Position numbers and translations under genes: made by a program | DNA from: Candidatus Parcubacteria bacterium | GTDB taxonomy: Bacteria; Patescibacteriota; Minisyncoccia; Phycocordibacterales; Zambryskibacteraceae | Length of the DNA: 54,676 nt | Assembly: GCA_019661895.1 (NCBI GenBank) | Contig: JAIFWO010000002.1 | Span: forward strand, 1-54,676 | Direction: 5' to 3' | Notes under the pieces: model-generated | Told to the model about the DNA's origin: nothing | Seen by the model: only the letters and a program-made list of their open reading frames with translations | Databases searched by the model: none | Shown here: piece by piece, positions 28,008 to 36,468 of the stretch | How positions within the stretch are numbered: position 1 is the stretch's first letter | Layout of the letters: every line of letters starts with the position of its first letter

Positions 28008-28021
28008 CTCGCTAGCCTGAG

Positions 28022-28052
28022 AAAAACGCTCCCGCAAGAGCGTTTTTCTTTT
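28022..28052 (+). terminator. rho-independent terminator
   Basis: AAAAACGCTC-CCGCAA-GAGCGTTTTT hairpin followed by a T-tract (TTTTTCTTTT). Confidence 0.65.
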
Positions 28053-28071
28053 GCAAAAAATGTGTTAAAAT

Positions 28072-30552
28072 ATGGCTCTAATGGCGTCTTTGAAGACCAT
28101 TTTCGGTAGTTCTGAGGGCCGGACTATCAAGTCTTGGCAACCTTTTGTCGATAAGATCAACTTCCTTGAATCAGATTTTGAGAAGCTCTCTGCCGAGGGG
28201 CTTCGAGTTAAGACTGGCGAATTTAAAAGCCGCTTAACAAACGGCGAGAGCCTGGATGATCTCTTGCCAGAAGCTTATGCCGCTGTGCGCGAGGCGGCCA
28301 AGCGCACGCTCGGCCAAAGACATTTCGATGTGCAGCTCCTCGGGGGTATCGCTTTGCACAAAGGCGGCATCGCCGAGATGAAGACCGGAGAGGGGAAGAC
28401 CTTGGTCGCGACCTTGCCTGCGTATCTCAACTCACTTACCGGTAAGGGCGTGCACGTGGTCACCGTCAACGATTATCTCTCAAGACGCGACGCGGTTTGG
28501 ATGGGACAAGTCTATGCGTATCTCGGTCTCTCGGTGGGAGTGCTCAATACGCAAGAGTCCTTCCTCTACGACCTAAAGCACACCCAGGAAAATGAAGATA
28601 CTATAAGAGACGTCACGGGCTCCTTCCACGTGGTGCATGAGTTCCTGCGTCCGGCTTCGAAGCGCGAGGCCTATCACGCCGATATCACCTATGGGACGAA
28701 CAATGAATTCGGCTTCGACTACCTGCGAGACAATCTCCTTTACGACAAGCATCAGCTTGCCCAGCGCGACTTCCACTATGCTATTGTCGACGAAATAGAT
28801 TCCATCCTTATCGACGAAGCTCGTACGCCGCTTATCATTTCCGCCAACACTTCGGAAGCCAGCGACTTGTACGTCCAATTCGCGAAGATCGTCAGAGAGT
28901 TAAACCAGGAAGAAGACTATACCGTCGATGAGAAGTATCACTCCATAGCTCTGACCCAAGCGGGCATCAGCAAGGCAGAGAGACTTTTAGGCATAGACAA
29001 TATTTATACCGAAGGCGGCGTGCGGTACGTGCATCATTTAGAGACAGCCATCCGAGCTAAGGCCTTGTATCACGACGACAAGGAATACGTGGTCAAGGAC
29101 AATGAGATCATCATCGTCGACGAGTTTACCGGCCGTATGCAGCCAGGGAGACGCTGGTCAGAGGGATTGCACCAAGCCATCGAGGCTAAGGAGGGGGTGC
29201 GGATCAAGGAAGAGTCACGAACCTTCGCCTCCATTACCTTCCAGAACTATTTCAGGATGTATGAGAAGCTTTCTGGCTGTACTGGTACGGCGCTTACCTC
29301 TAAGGAAGAGTTCTATAAGGTGTACGGGCTTGAGACGTATGTCATCCCCACAGCTAAGCCTGTGGCCCGCCTCGATCACAACGACCTTATCTTCCAGACT
29401 CAGAGCGGCAAGATGAAAGCGGTGTCGAAGAAGGTCAAAGAGCTAAACGCCAAGGGCCAGCCGGTGCTTATCGGTACGGTCTCGATCGAACACAACGAAC
29501 TTCTCTCCACATATCTTAAATCCGAAGGGATAAGGCATGAGATGCTAAATGCCAAGAACCACGAGCGCGAGGGAGAGATCATCGCCCAAGCGGGCAAAAG
29601 GGGAGCGGTGACCATCGCCACCAACATGGCTGGTCGCGGCGTCGACATCAAACTCGGCGGTAATCCTGGCAGCGCAGAGTTGTATGAGGAGATCAAATCC
29701 TTGGGCGGGCTCTTCGTCTTGGGTACCGAGCGGCATGACGCCAGGCGCATCGACAATCAGCTTCGGGGCCGCTCAGGCAGACAGGGAGATCCCGGGGAGA
29801 CCCAGTTCTTCGTCTCGCTTGAGGACTCGCTTATGAGGATCTTTGCTACAGACACCATCAAGAAGATGATGGGCCGCTTCAACATTCCGGAAGATGAGCC
29901 GATCGAAAATGGCCTCATCACTTCGTCTCTCGAGAAGGCTCAAGAAAAGATAGAGGGCTTCAACTTCGATGCCCGCAAGCACGTTTTGGAATTTGACGAT
30001 GTCCTAAACTATCAGCGCACTATCATCTACAGTCGGCGCAAGGCGATCCTTAATGGTGGGCGCGAGGAAGTGGAGAGTTATATGAATGAGGCGGCCGCTT
30101 TTCTACCAGACGACATGCGCGGAAGGTTCCTGGAAAAGTTTGCCAGCTTCTTTGCCAAACCAGAATCCCTTGAGTCCATGCGAAGGGTCGTCCTCCAGAC
30201 CCATGACCAATTCTGGGTTGATCACTTGGAGACCATGGAGTACTTGAGAAGCTCGGTCAATTTGCGCGCTTATGGCCAAAGAGATCCTTTGGTCGAATAC
30301 AAGAAGGAGGGCCTGCGCTTCTTTAAGGAGATGGAAACTGGAATCGCTCGGCAAATCGCAGAGTTCGTCATAGCCCTTGATCCCAATGTAGAGTTCAACG
30401 CCCCACGGGCCTCTATTGAGAAGGTGGCCGAGAGCGTGGCTGACATCCGCAGCACGCTAGCCAATCCCGAAGGGAAAAATATTGGCAGGAATGATCCATG
30501 TTGGTGCGGAAGCGGCAAGAAGTATAAAAAGTGTCACGGGGCCAACTTATAA
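28072..30552 (+). CDS. secA: preprotein translocase ATPase SecA
   Basis: Walker A motif MKTGEGKTLVATLPAY, DEAD-like VDEIDSILIDEARTPLIIS and TNMAGRGVDIKLGG. The C-terminal zinc-binding motif CWCGSGKKYKKCHG is present. The true start may be the second ATG at 28081 (MASLKTIFGS), 9 nt after TGtTAAAAT at 28063-28071. Confidence 0.95.
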   Translation: MALMASLKTIFGSSEGRTIKSWQPFVDKINFLESDFEKLSAEGLRVKTGEFKSRLTNGESLDDLLPEAYAAVREAAKRTLGQRHFDVQLLGGIALHKGGIAEMKTGEGKTLVATLPAYLNSLTGKGVHVVTVNDYLSRRDAVWMGQVYAYLGLSVGVLNTQESFLYDLKHTQENEDTIRDVTGSFHVVHEFLRPASKREAYHADITYGTNNEFGFDYLRDNLLYDKHQLAQRDFHYAIVDEIDSILIDEARTPLIISANTSEASDLYVQFAKIVRELNQEEDYTVDEKYHSIALTQAGISKAERLLGIDNIYTEGGVRYVHHLETAIRAKALYHDDKEYVVKDNEIIIVDEFTGRMQPGRRWSEGLHQAIEAKEGVRIKEESRTFASITFQNYFRMYEKLSGCTGTALTSKEEFYKVYGLETYVIPTAKPVARLDHNDLIFQTQSGKMKAVSKKVKELNAKGQPVLIGTVSIEHNELLSTYLKSEGIRHEMLNAKNHEREGEIIAQAGKRGAVTIATNMAGRGVDIKLGGNPGSAELYEEIKSLGGLFVLGTERHDARRIDNQLRGRSGRQGDPGETQFFVSLEDSLMRIFATDTIKKMMGRFNIPEDEPIENGLITSSLEKAQEKIEGFNFDARKHVLEFDDVLNYQRTIIYSRRKAILNGGREEVESYMNEAAAFLPDDMRGRFLEKFASFFAKPESLESMRRVVLQTHDQFWVDHLETMEYLRSSVNLRAYGQRDPLVEYKKEGLRFFKEMETGIARQIAEFVIALDPNVEFNAPRASIEKVAESVADIRSTLANPEGKNIGRNDPCWCGSGKKYKKCHGANL

Positions 30553-31082
30553 TGTTTCAATTTATCCAAGATTGGGTACTCTCTGCTGGTGCGTGGGGTG
30601 CGCTAGGATTTTTCGTCGGGGCGCTTCTTGAGGAGGTGGCCTTCCCGTTTCCGTCGCCGCTTCTGCTTATTGGGGTGGCCTTCTTCTTCGGCAAGCCCCT
30701 TTCGATCCTTGTCGTGCTAAGAATGCTTTGGTCGGTCATACTGCCGATTGTTGTCGGAGCTACTGCAGGGTCGCTCGTCATCTATGGCATTGCCTACACT
30801 GGGGGGAAGGTGGCCATCATGCGCTTTGGTAAGAGGCTTGGCTTTACCTGGGAAGATGTGGAGAAGCTCCGAGAGAGGCTCTCTGCGAGAAAGTCTGATG
30901 AGCTGGTGCTCTTCCTCTCAAGGTGTCTGCCCTTTACCCCGACAACGCTCATTACCGTGATCGCAGGGACGATGCGGATGAATGTCTGGCTCTACACGCT
31001 TCTTACCTTCTCCGGCATATTTGTGCGGGTTACCTTGCTCTTCATCGGGGCACTGGTCTTTGGTCACACGATCTTCAAGTAG
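30552..31082 (+). CDS. DedA/VTT (SNARE-associated) family membrane protein
   Basis: ATG in a TAATG overlap with the secA stop. The protein has 4-5 TM segments and a FLSRCLPFTPTTLITVIAGTMRM re-entrant-loop-like motif. Confidence 0.6.
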   Translation: MFQFIQDWVLSAGAWGALGFFVGALLEEVAFPFPSPLLLIGVAFFFGKPLSILVVLRMLWSVILPIVVGATAGSLVIYGIAYTGGKVAIMRFGKRLGFTWEDVEKLRERLSARKSDELVLFLSRCLPFTPTTLITVIAGTMRMNVWLYTLLTFSGIFVRVTLLFIGALVFGHTIFK

Positions 31083-31120
31083 GGCTTCCTTTATCTCTCC
31101 ACTTGACTATAATTGAAATT

Positions 31121-31495
31121 ATGAAGAAAAATACTTTAGTCTGGGGCATTGCGGGGCTCGCGGTCATAATACTTATAGGATGGCTTATCGTGACTCCTGG
31201 TAAGGGCGGGAAGCTCGATGCCTTTGCCACTTGCCTTAAGGACCAGGGAGCCAAGTTCTATGGCGCCTTCTGGTGCCCGCACTGCCAGGCTCAAAAGGCG
31301 CTCTTTGGCCGTTCGGCGAAGCTCTTGCCATATATAGAGTGCTCCACTCCCAACGGAAATTCTCAAAATCAAGTCTGTAACGATGCCAAGATCGAAAGCT
31401 ATCCAACCTGGGAATTCTCCGACGCCACAAGGCTTACTGGCGAGCAGACCCTAGCTGAGCTCTCTTCTAAGACTTCCTGCGTTCTTCCAGAGTAA
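31121..31495 (+). CDS. membrane-anchored thioredoxin-like thiol-disulfide oxidoreductase (CPHC), of the type usually fused to or paired with VKOR
   Basis: One N-terminal TM (LVWGIAGLAVIILIGWLIV). FYGAFWCPHCQAQKALFG, YIEC...C and ESYPTW match the VKOR-associated Trx-like domain. TATAAT at 31108-31113 lies 7 nt upstream of the ATG. Confidence 0.7.
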   Translation: MKKNTLVWGIAGLAVIILIGWLIVTPGKGGKLDAFATCLKDQGAKFYGAFWCPHCQAQKALFGRSAKLLPYIECSTPNGNSQNQVCNDAKIESYPTWEFSDATRLTGEQTLAELSSKTSCVLPE

Positions 31496-31496
31496 T

Positions 31497-32036
31497 ATGA
31501 CCCACTTTATCGAAGTATTGATCCCATATGGAGTGCTTCTATCACACTTTCTTCTTGGGTATATCCTCCTTGCGTATATATTTAGAGCTTCATGGGGAAG
31601 AGGGACAGTAGACTTTATAGGTAAGAGGGCAATCATATTGTCGTTTCTCGTCACGCTTCTGACCATATTCGGCAGCCTCTTCTATTCTGGAGTGCTGGGA
31701 TTTGCTCCCTGTGAGCTCTGCTGGTGGCAGAGAGTCTTTCTATATCCTCAGGTAGTACTCTTCCTAACGGCGCTCAAGAATAAAGATAAGAAAGTTTTTA
31801 GTTATTCGGTACGTCTTACCATACTCGCACTTGTCGTAGCTCTGTATCAGGTATATACCCTCTATGGCGGGACTTCCTTCCTTGCCTGCACCTCTCTGGG
31901 TGGCGCTTGCACGAAACTGTATGTAAACGCTTTCGGCTACATCAGTATCCCTGTCATGAGCCTGACGACATCTGTGTACTTACTCATACTCGCATTCTTC
32001 TCAAAAAAATATGACCAAAACAATCGCAACGCATAA
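31497..32036 (+). CDS. DsbB/BdbC family disulfide bond formation protein
   Basis: PCELCWWQRVFLYP closely matches the BdbC motif PCELCWYQRILMYP. The second cysteine pair is ACTSLGGAC, followed by FGYISIPV. Confidence 0.8.
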   Translation: MTHFIEVLIPYGVLLSHFLLGYILLAYIFRASWGRGTVDFIGKRAIILSFLVTLLTIFGSLFYSGVLGFAPCELCWWQRVFLYPQVVLFLTALKNKDKKVFSYSVRLTILALVVALYQVYTLYGGTSFLACTSLGGACTKLYVNAFGYISIPVMSLTTSVYLLILAFFSKKYDQNNRNA

Positions 32037-32886
32037 TGGCATGTTCCATACGGATGATATCTTTGCCGTTGCGACCCTCCTGAATATATATCCAGATGCT
32101 GAAGTGATTCGCACTCGAGATGCGGAGAAAATCAAAGCCGCAGACGTGGTTGTGGATGTCGGGTTTGAATATGATCCGATCAAAGAGCGCTTTGATCATC
32201 ACCAACCGGGCGGGGCGGGGATGAGGCCCAACGGAATAGCTTATGCCTCCTTTGGCCTGGTCTGGAAGGAATACGGAGAGCGCCTAGCGGGCGTTGAGGG
32301 CAAAACTTTGATAGAGGAGAAGCTTGTTATGCCGATTGATGCACCAGATAACGGCATTGCAACGTATACTCCAATCTTTGAAGGGGTGCGCCCGTATACA
32401 ATCCATGATTTCTTCTACTCCTTCATTGGTGATTATGCTGGTGGAGAAGAGTATCTTTATAAAACCTTCATAGAGTGTGTTAAGGTGGCTAAAGGATTAC
32501 TGGAAAGAGAGATTAAAAAAGCGCAAGAAAGAGTAGAGAGTATGAAGGTTGTAAGGGAGATCTATGATAATAGCCCAAACAAAGCAATTATCGTGCTCGA
32601 GAAGGCTCTACCTTGGGAGGCGGTACTTACTCCCATCTTTGATACCCGCTTTGTAGTTTATCCGAGGAGGGAAGGCAATTGGGGGGCGAAGGCCGTCCCA
32701 GCTCTTGTTAACGGATTTGAACGAAAAGTATACTTCCCAGAAAGTTGGGCTGGTAAAATGGACGAGGAACTTAAAGATGTCAGCGGAGTCGAGGGCGCAG
32801 TGTTTTGTCATAGAGGCAAATTCTTAGCGGTAGCTAACTCAAAGGAGGCTGCCATTGAGCTTGCCGAAAAGGCCTTAAATGCGTAA
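32011..32886 (+). CDS. MYG1/UPF0160 family metal-dependent hydrolase
   Basis: IATHNGMFHTDDIFAVATL and FDHHQ motifs. The start overlaps the DsbB-like gene by 26 nt. Confidence 0.8.
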   Translation: MTKTIATHNGMFHTDDIFAVATLLNIYPDAEVIRTRDAEKIKAADVVVDVGFEYDPIKERFDHHQPGGAGMRPNGIAYASFGLVWKEYGERLAGVEGKTLIEEKLVMPIDAPDNGIATYTPIFEGVRPYTIHDFFYSFIGDYAGGEEYLYKTFIECVKVAKGLLEREIKKAQERVESMKVVREIYDNSPNKAIIVLEKALPWEAVLTPIFDTRFVVYPRREGNWGAKAVPALVNGFERKVYFPESWAGKMDEELKDVSGVEGAVFCHRGKFLAVANSKEAAIELAEKALNA

Positions 32887-32895
32887 GGTTAGGGC

Positions 32896-33858
32896 ATGTT
32901 CGTAGATGAAATAACACTACACCTAAAGGCCGGCAGGGGAGGAGACGGCGTCGTGCGCTGGCGGCATGAGAAGAGCAAGGAATACAGCGGACCATCCGGC
33001 GGCAACGGCGGCAAGGGTGGAGATGTGTATGCGGTGGCCGTTAAGGACCTTGGCATCCTCTCTCAATACCGGCAGGAAAAGGTCTTCGCCGCTAGCAATG
33101 GAGCGGACGGAATGAAGGACTCCAAGCAAGGAGAGTCAGGGGAGTCGATCGAAATGAGATTACCCGTAGGCTCGATAATAAAAAATCTCACTACCGGGCA
33201 CACATTCGAACTTCTAAATGAGGGTGATCGGATCAAGCTTTTGTCTGGCGGCCGCGGCGGACTGGGCAATGAGTTTTTCAAATCTTCTGTGAATATTCGC
33301 CCGGAGGAGCGGACGCTCGGTGAGGAGGGGGAGGAAGCCGATTTCTTCATCGAGCTTGAGCTGGTGGTCGACTTCTCTTTAGTCGGGCTGCCGAATGCCG
33401 GTAAGTCGAGTCTCTTAAACGCCTTGACCCATGCGAATTCAAAGGTTGGTGCCTTCGCTTTCACCACGCTTGAGCCGCACCTCGGTGATCTATATGGAGT
33501 CATCCTTGGGGATATTCCGGGACTTATCGAAGGGGCCTCGGAGGGTAAGGGCCTTGGTGATAAATTCTTGAGGCATATTAAGCGCACTAAGGCTATCCTC
33601 CATCTTATTTCTTCAGAAGAGGAGGATCCTGTCGGAGCTTATAAAATTGTTCGCAAGGAGATCGGGCTCTATAATAAAGATATCCTTCTAAAGCCCGAGA
33701 TCATTATCCTGACAAAGGTGGATCTGATCGCGCCTGAGATCATGGCAAACAAACTTGAAACCCTTCGATCTCTGTCCAAAGATGTCATCCCCGTATCAAT
33801 AATCGATGACGCGCTTATAAAAGATCTCAAAGATTTCATCACCAACTTCCGTTCATGA
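32896..33858 (+). CDS. obg: GTPase Obg/CgtA
   Basis: MFVDEITLHLKAGRGGDGVVRWRHEK Gly-rich Obg fold. G1 is GLPNAGKSSL, G3 is DIPGLIEGA and G4 is TKVD. Confidence 0.95.
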   Translation: MFVDEITLHLKAGRGGDGVVRWRHEKSKEYSGPSGGNGGKGGDVYAVAVKDLGILSQYRQEKVFAASNGADGMKDSKQGESGESIEMRLPVGSIIKNLTTGHTFELLNEGDRIKLLSGGRGGLGNEFFKSSVNIRPEERTLGEEGEEADFFIELELVVDFSLVGLPNAGKSSLLNALTHANSKVGAFAFTTLEPHLGDLYGVILGDIPGLIEGASEGKGLGDKFLRHIKRTKAILHLISSEEEDPVGAYKIVRKEIGLYNKDILLKPEIIILTKVDLIAPEIMANKLETLRSLSKDVIPVSIIDDALIKDLKDFITNFRS

Positions 33859-35246
33859 CAGAATACGTACCAACTATCGGCCTTGAGATCCATGCCGAGC
33901 TTCGCACAAAGACGAAGATGTTTTGTAACTCCAAAAACGATACCGACGAGGCACGCCCCAATGTAAATATCTGTCCGGTATGCCTGGGCTACCCGGGAAC
34001 GCTGCCTGTGATAAACAGGGAAGCGGTGAAGCATGTCTTGCGCTTCGGCGTCTCTGTCGGTGGGACGCTCGCTGACTATACCGAGTTTGACCGTAAGAAC
34101 TACTTTTACCCCGATATTCCTAAGGGTTATCAGATCAGTCAATACAAGTTCCCTTTAGTTGCAGGCGGAGAGCTCAAGGGAGTGAAGCTTACCCGGGTGC
34201 ATCTTGAGGAGGATACCGCCAAGTCTTCGCATGAGGTACTCGAGCACAGTCTCGTCGACTTTAACCGAGCAGGAGTGCCGCTTATGGAACTTGTGACCGA
34301 GCCGGTCATGCATAGTGCGGAGGAGGCCGCCAACTTCGCCCGCGAACTGCAACTGTTGCTTGTCTACCTCGGTGCAAGTACCGCCAATATGGAGAAGGGC
34401 GAAATGCGCGTTGAAGCCAACATCTCGGTGAGCAAAGACATTGATACGCTTGGTACTAAAGTGGAAGTAAAGAACCTGAATTCTTTTAAGGCAGTAGAAA
34501 AGGCTATACGATTCGAAATCGCACGACATGCAGAATTATTGGAGAGAGGGGAGAGCGTCGTCCAAGAGACTCGAGGGTGGGATGAACATGCTGAAAAGAC
34601 CTTTTCTCAAAGAGCGAAGGAGAACTCGCACGACTATCGTTACTTCCCGGATCCCGATCTGCCAAAGCTCTTTGTAAGTGAGATATCAGAATTCTCAGAG
34701 GGAGCCCTAAAAAATACTTTACCCGAGCTGCCCTGGGAGAGGAGAGACCGCTATGTGAAGGATCTCGGCATCAAGCCAGAAGATGCGGAGATCTTCATCA
34801 GGAATATCGAGCTTGGGAAATACTTCGAAGAAACTGCAAACGTACTTGAAAATAAGACTTTGAATCAAACGGCCTCTAATTACATAACCTCAGATCTAAA
34901 GACCCCTATTCCTCCAGAGGCTTTGGCAGAAATTATACGCATGACAAGCGATGGAACACTTTCCTCTCGCGGAGCAAAAGATATCTTAAAGATAATACAA
35001 TCTGATGGAGGAGACCCGAGAACTATCGCAAATGAAAAAGGCCTCGTACAAAAAAGTGATATGGCAGAATTAGAAAAGATCGTTCAAGAACTTATCTTGG
35101 AGAACAGCGCAGCTGTCGGCGAGTACAAATCTGGCAAAGAAGCCTCCCTCCAATTTCTGATCGGTCAGGGGATGAAGAAGACAAAAGGCAGCGCCAATCC
35201 CAGTGTCTTAAAAGAAATTTTTATTCGTCTTCTTCGTGCCGGATGA
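33855..35246 (+). CDS. gatB: Asp-tRNA(Asn)/Glu-tRNA(Gln) amidotransferase subunit B
   Basis: PTIGLEIHAEL, CPVCLGYPGTLPV, YFYPDIPKGYQISQ, HLEEDTAKS and a C-terminal YqeY-like tail. Confidence 0.95.
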   Translation: MTEYVPTIGLEIHAELRTKTKMFCNSKNDTDEARPNVNICPVCLGYPGTLPVINREAVKHVLRFGVSVGGTLADYTEFDRKNYFYPDIPKGYQISQYKFPLVAGGELKGVKLTRVHLEEDTAKSSHEVLEHSLVDFNRAGVPLMELVTEPVMHSAEEAANFARELQLLLVYLGASTANMEKGEMRVEANISVSKDIDTLGTKVEVKNLNSFKAVEKAIRFEIARHAELLERGESVVQETRGWDEHAEKTFSQRAKENSHDYRYFPDPDLPKLFVSEISEFSEGALKNTLPELPWERRDRYVKDLGIKPEDAEIFIRNIELGKYFEETANVLENKTLNQTASNYITSDLKTPIPPEALAEIIRMTSDGTLSSRGAKDILKIIQSDGGDPRTIANEKGLVQKSDMAELEKIVQELILENSAAVGEYKSGKEASLQFLIGQGMKKTKGSANPSVLKEIFIRLLRAG

Positions 35247-35463
35247 GGAGCTTCTTCATCTTGCTCTCTGCGTTGCTCTTGCTTGTACCGCCCTCGATGT
35301 CCTCGATAACCTTCTCAAGAGCGGAGAGTTTGTAAACGCGGTAATTATTCATTGGGTGCCTGTTAGCTCGAAACTTGCCTGACTTGTCCCAATTGCGCAA
35401 AGTAAGAGGAGTAACTCCAAGGATCTCCGCTGCCTCCTTTATTGAAAAATATACTTCTTTCAT
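35221..35463 (-). CDS. small MerR/excisionase-type (HTH_17-like) DNA-binding protein
   Basis: I prefer the start at MKEVYF (35463). SIKEAAEILGVTPLTLRNWDKSGKF is a typical HTH_17/MerR N-terminal helix-turn-helix. The 3' end overlaps gatB by 26 nt in convergent orientation. Confidence 0.65.
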   Translation of the reverse strand: MKEVYFSIKEAAEILGVTPLTLRNWDKSGKFRANRHPMNNYRVYKLSALEKVIEDIEGGTSKSNAESKMKKLLIRHEEDE

Positions 35464-35703
35464 ACTATTAGTTACATAAACATTACTAATCCTATACATA
35501 CAAATTTACTACTTATTGCAATTTCTATCAAGGTTTATGTGTTGATAACTTATTTCGAGCTAATTTTAACAAATTAATTTATTTTGTAAAAAATTTTTAA
35601 GCTGGCAACATAGAAATTTTTAAAATTTAATCTAAATTTGCACTTGAGCTATCCCCAGATTTTTCATAGGACATTTTACTGCCGAGATTTATAATTTACA
35701 TTG
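35464..35703. promoter_or_regulatory. 240-bp very AT-rich divergent control region
   Basis: It lies between two divergently transcribed HTH genes. TATAAT at 35690-35695 sits 8 nt upstream of ATG 35704. It contains repeated AAATTTTTAA-type tracts and imperfect dyads (TTTTAACAAATTAATTTATTTTGTAAAA). Confidence 0.45.
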
Positions 35704-36468
35704 ATGAATAAAGATCTTTTCCTCGAAGGTGTTGAATACATCTCGGCTGGCCAAGCTGCAAAAAAAATTGGATACGCAAGTGACTACGTCGGCCAACTTT
35801 GCCGAGATGGAAAAGTCCCTGGTAAATTAATTGGTCGTACATGGTACGTAGATTTTTCTTCCCTTCTTAATCACAAGATAAGTAGTTCTACGCGAAAGAA
35901 AAAATCAGCAGTAGCAACAGAAATTAACGATGGAACTTCTTTCGTCGCTGTCCCAACCGAAGTAAAATCAGAAGAAAATCTCCCTAGAAAATTAAAAGAA
36001 AGCACTCCTGTAGAAGCAAAAATTTCAGCTATATCTCGTCAGGCCGAGCCGAGATATACACCGCTAAAGATCAAAATTCCTCCGCCAAGAGCTTTTGTCA
36101 TCACCAAGAAGCCCTCACGAGCATTCAAAATCATAAAAGTTTCGATAGGCACTTTCCTTTTCCTGATGCTTGCCGTTAGCACCCTTTCCATGGGGCTTGA
36201 GGGTAGTCCCAATCCTCTCAAACTCGCGACTGCCCTCTTCTCAGAAACTAATACTGCCGCAGTGGGGCAGGGCCAGGGCATTGTGGTGGTTCCAGACTCA
36301 GCTGATCACAATGCACTTGTGTCGCGGATACAAAACTTTTTCTCTGATGATGTCACTATCGCCTTCGACGAAGATGCTGATACGGGAGTGATCACTCCGG
36401 TATTCCATGAGGGAGACGATAGCGAACATTACGCATTCGTCATGGTACCTATCAAGAAAGCACAATGA
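35704..36468 (+). CDS. membrane-tethered HTH protein (N-terminal HTH_17-like domain, one TM, ~90-aa extracytoplasmic domain)
   Basis: ISAGQAAKKIGYASDYVGQLCRDGKVPGKLIGRTWYV is the HTH segment and IIKVSIGTFLFLMLAVSTLSMGL is the TM segment. The stop overlaps the giant-gene start (ATGA at 36465-36468). Confidence 0.6.
   Translation: MNKDLFLEGVEYISAGQAAKKIGYASDYVGQLCRDGKVPGKLIGRTWYVDFSSLLNHKISSSTRKKKSAVATEINDGTSFVAVPTEVKSEENLPRKLKESTPVEAKISAISRQAEPRYTPLKIKIPPPRAFVITKKPSRAFKIIKVSIGTFLFLMLAVSTLSMGLEGSPNPLKLATALFSETNTAAVGQGQGIVVVPDSADHNALVSRIQNFFSDDVTIAFDEDADTGVITPVFHEGDDSEHYAFVMVPIKKAQ

Noticed and set aside
5964-30951. N-terminal extensions in the ORF track: TTG 5964, 6748, 10737, 14884, 20936, 23437, 25518, 30531 and 30923
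   Set aside because: In each case an internal ATG has a better signal, either an SD, a -10 box at 6-8 nt, or a TAATG/ATGA coupling to the upstream stop. The extension also overlaps the upstream gene or intergenic promoter elements.
31103-31113. TTGACT immediately fused to TATAAT, which could be read as a -35/-10 pair
   Set aside because: The two hexamers overlap or abut, so they cannot act as a canonical -35/-10 pair. Only the TATAAT is used, in the leaderless-promoter interpretation. The similar element at 23437-23448 is noted but remains unexplained.
33063-34529. Minus-strand ORFs of 124-174 aa antisense to obg and gatB
   Set aside because: They overlap highly conserved housekeeping genes on the other strand and have low-complexity, Ser/Pro-rich products.
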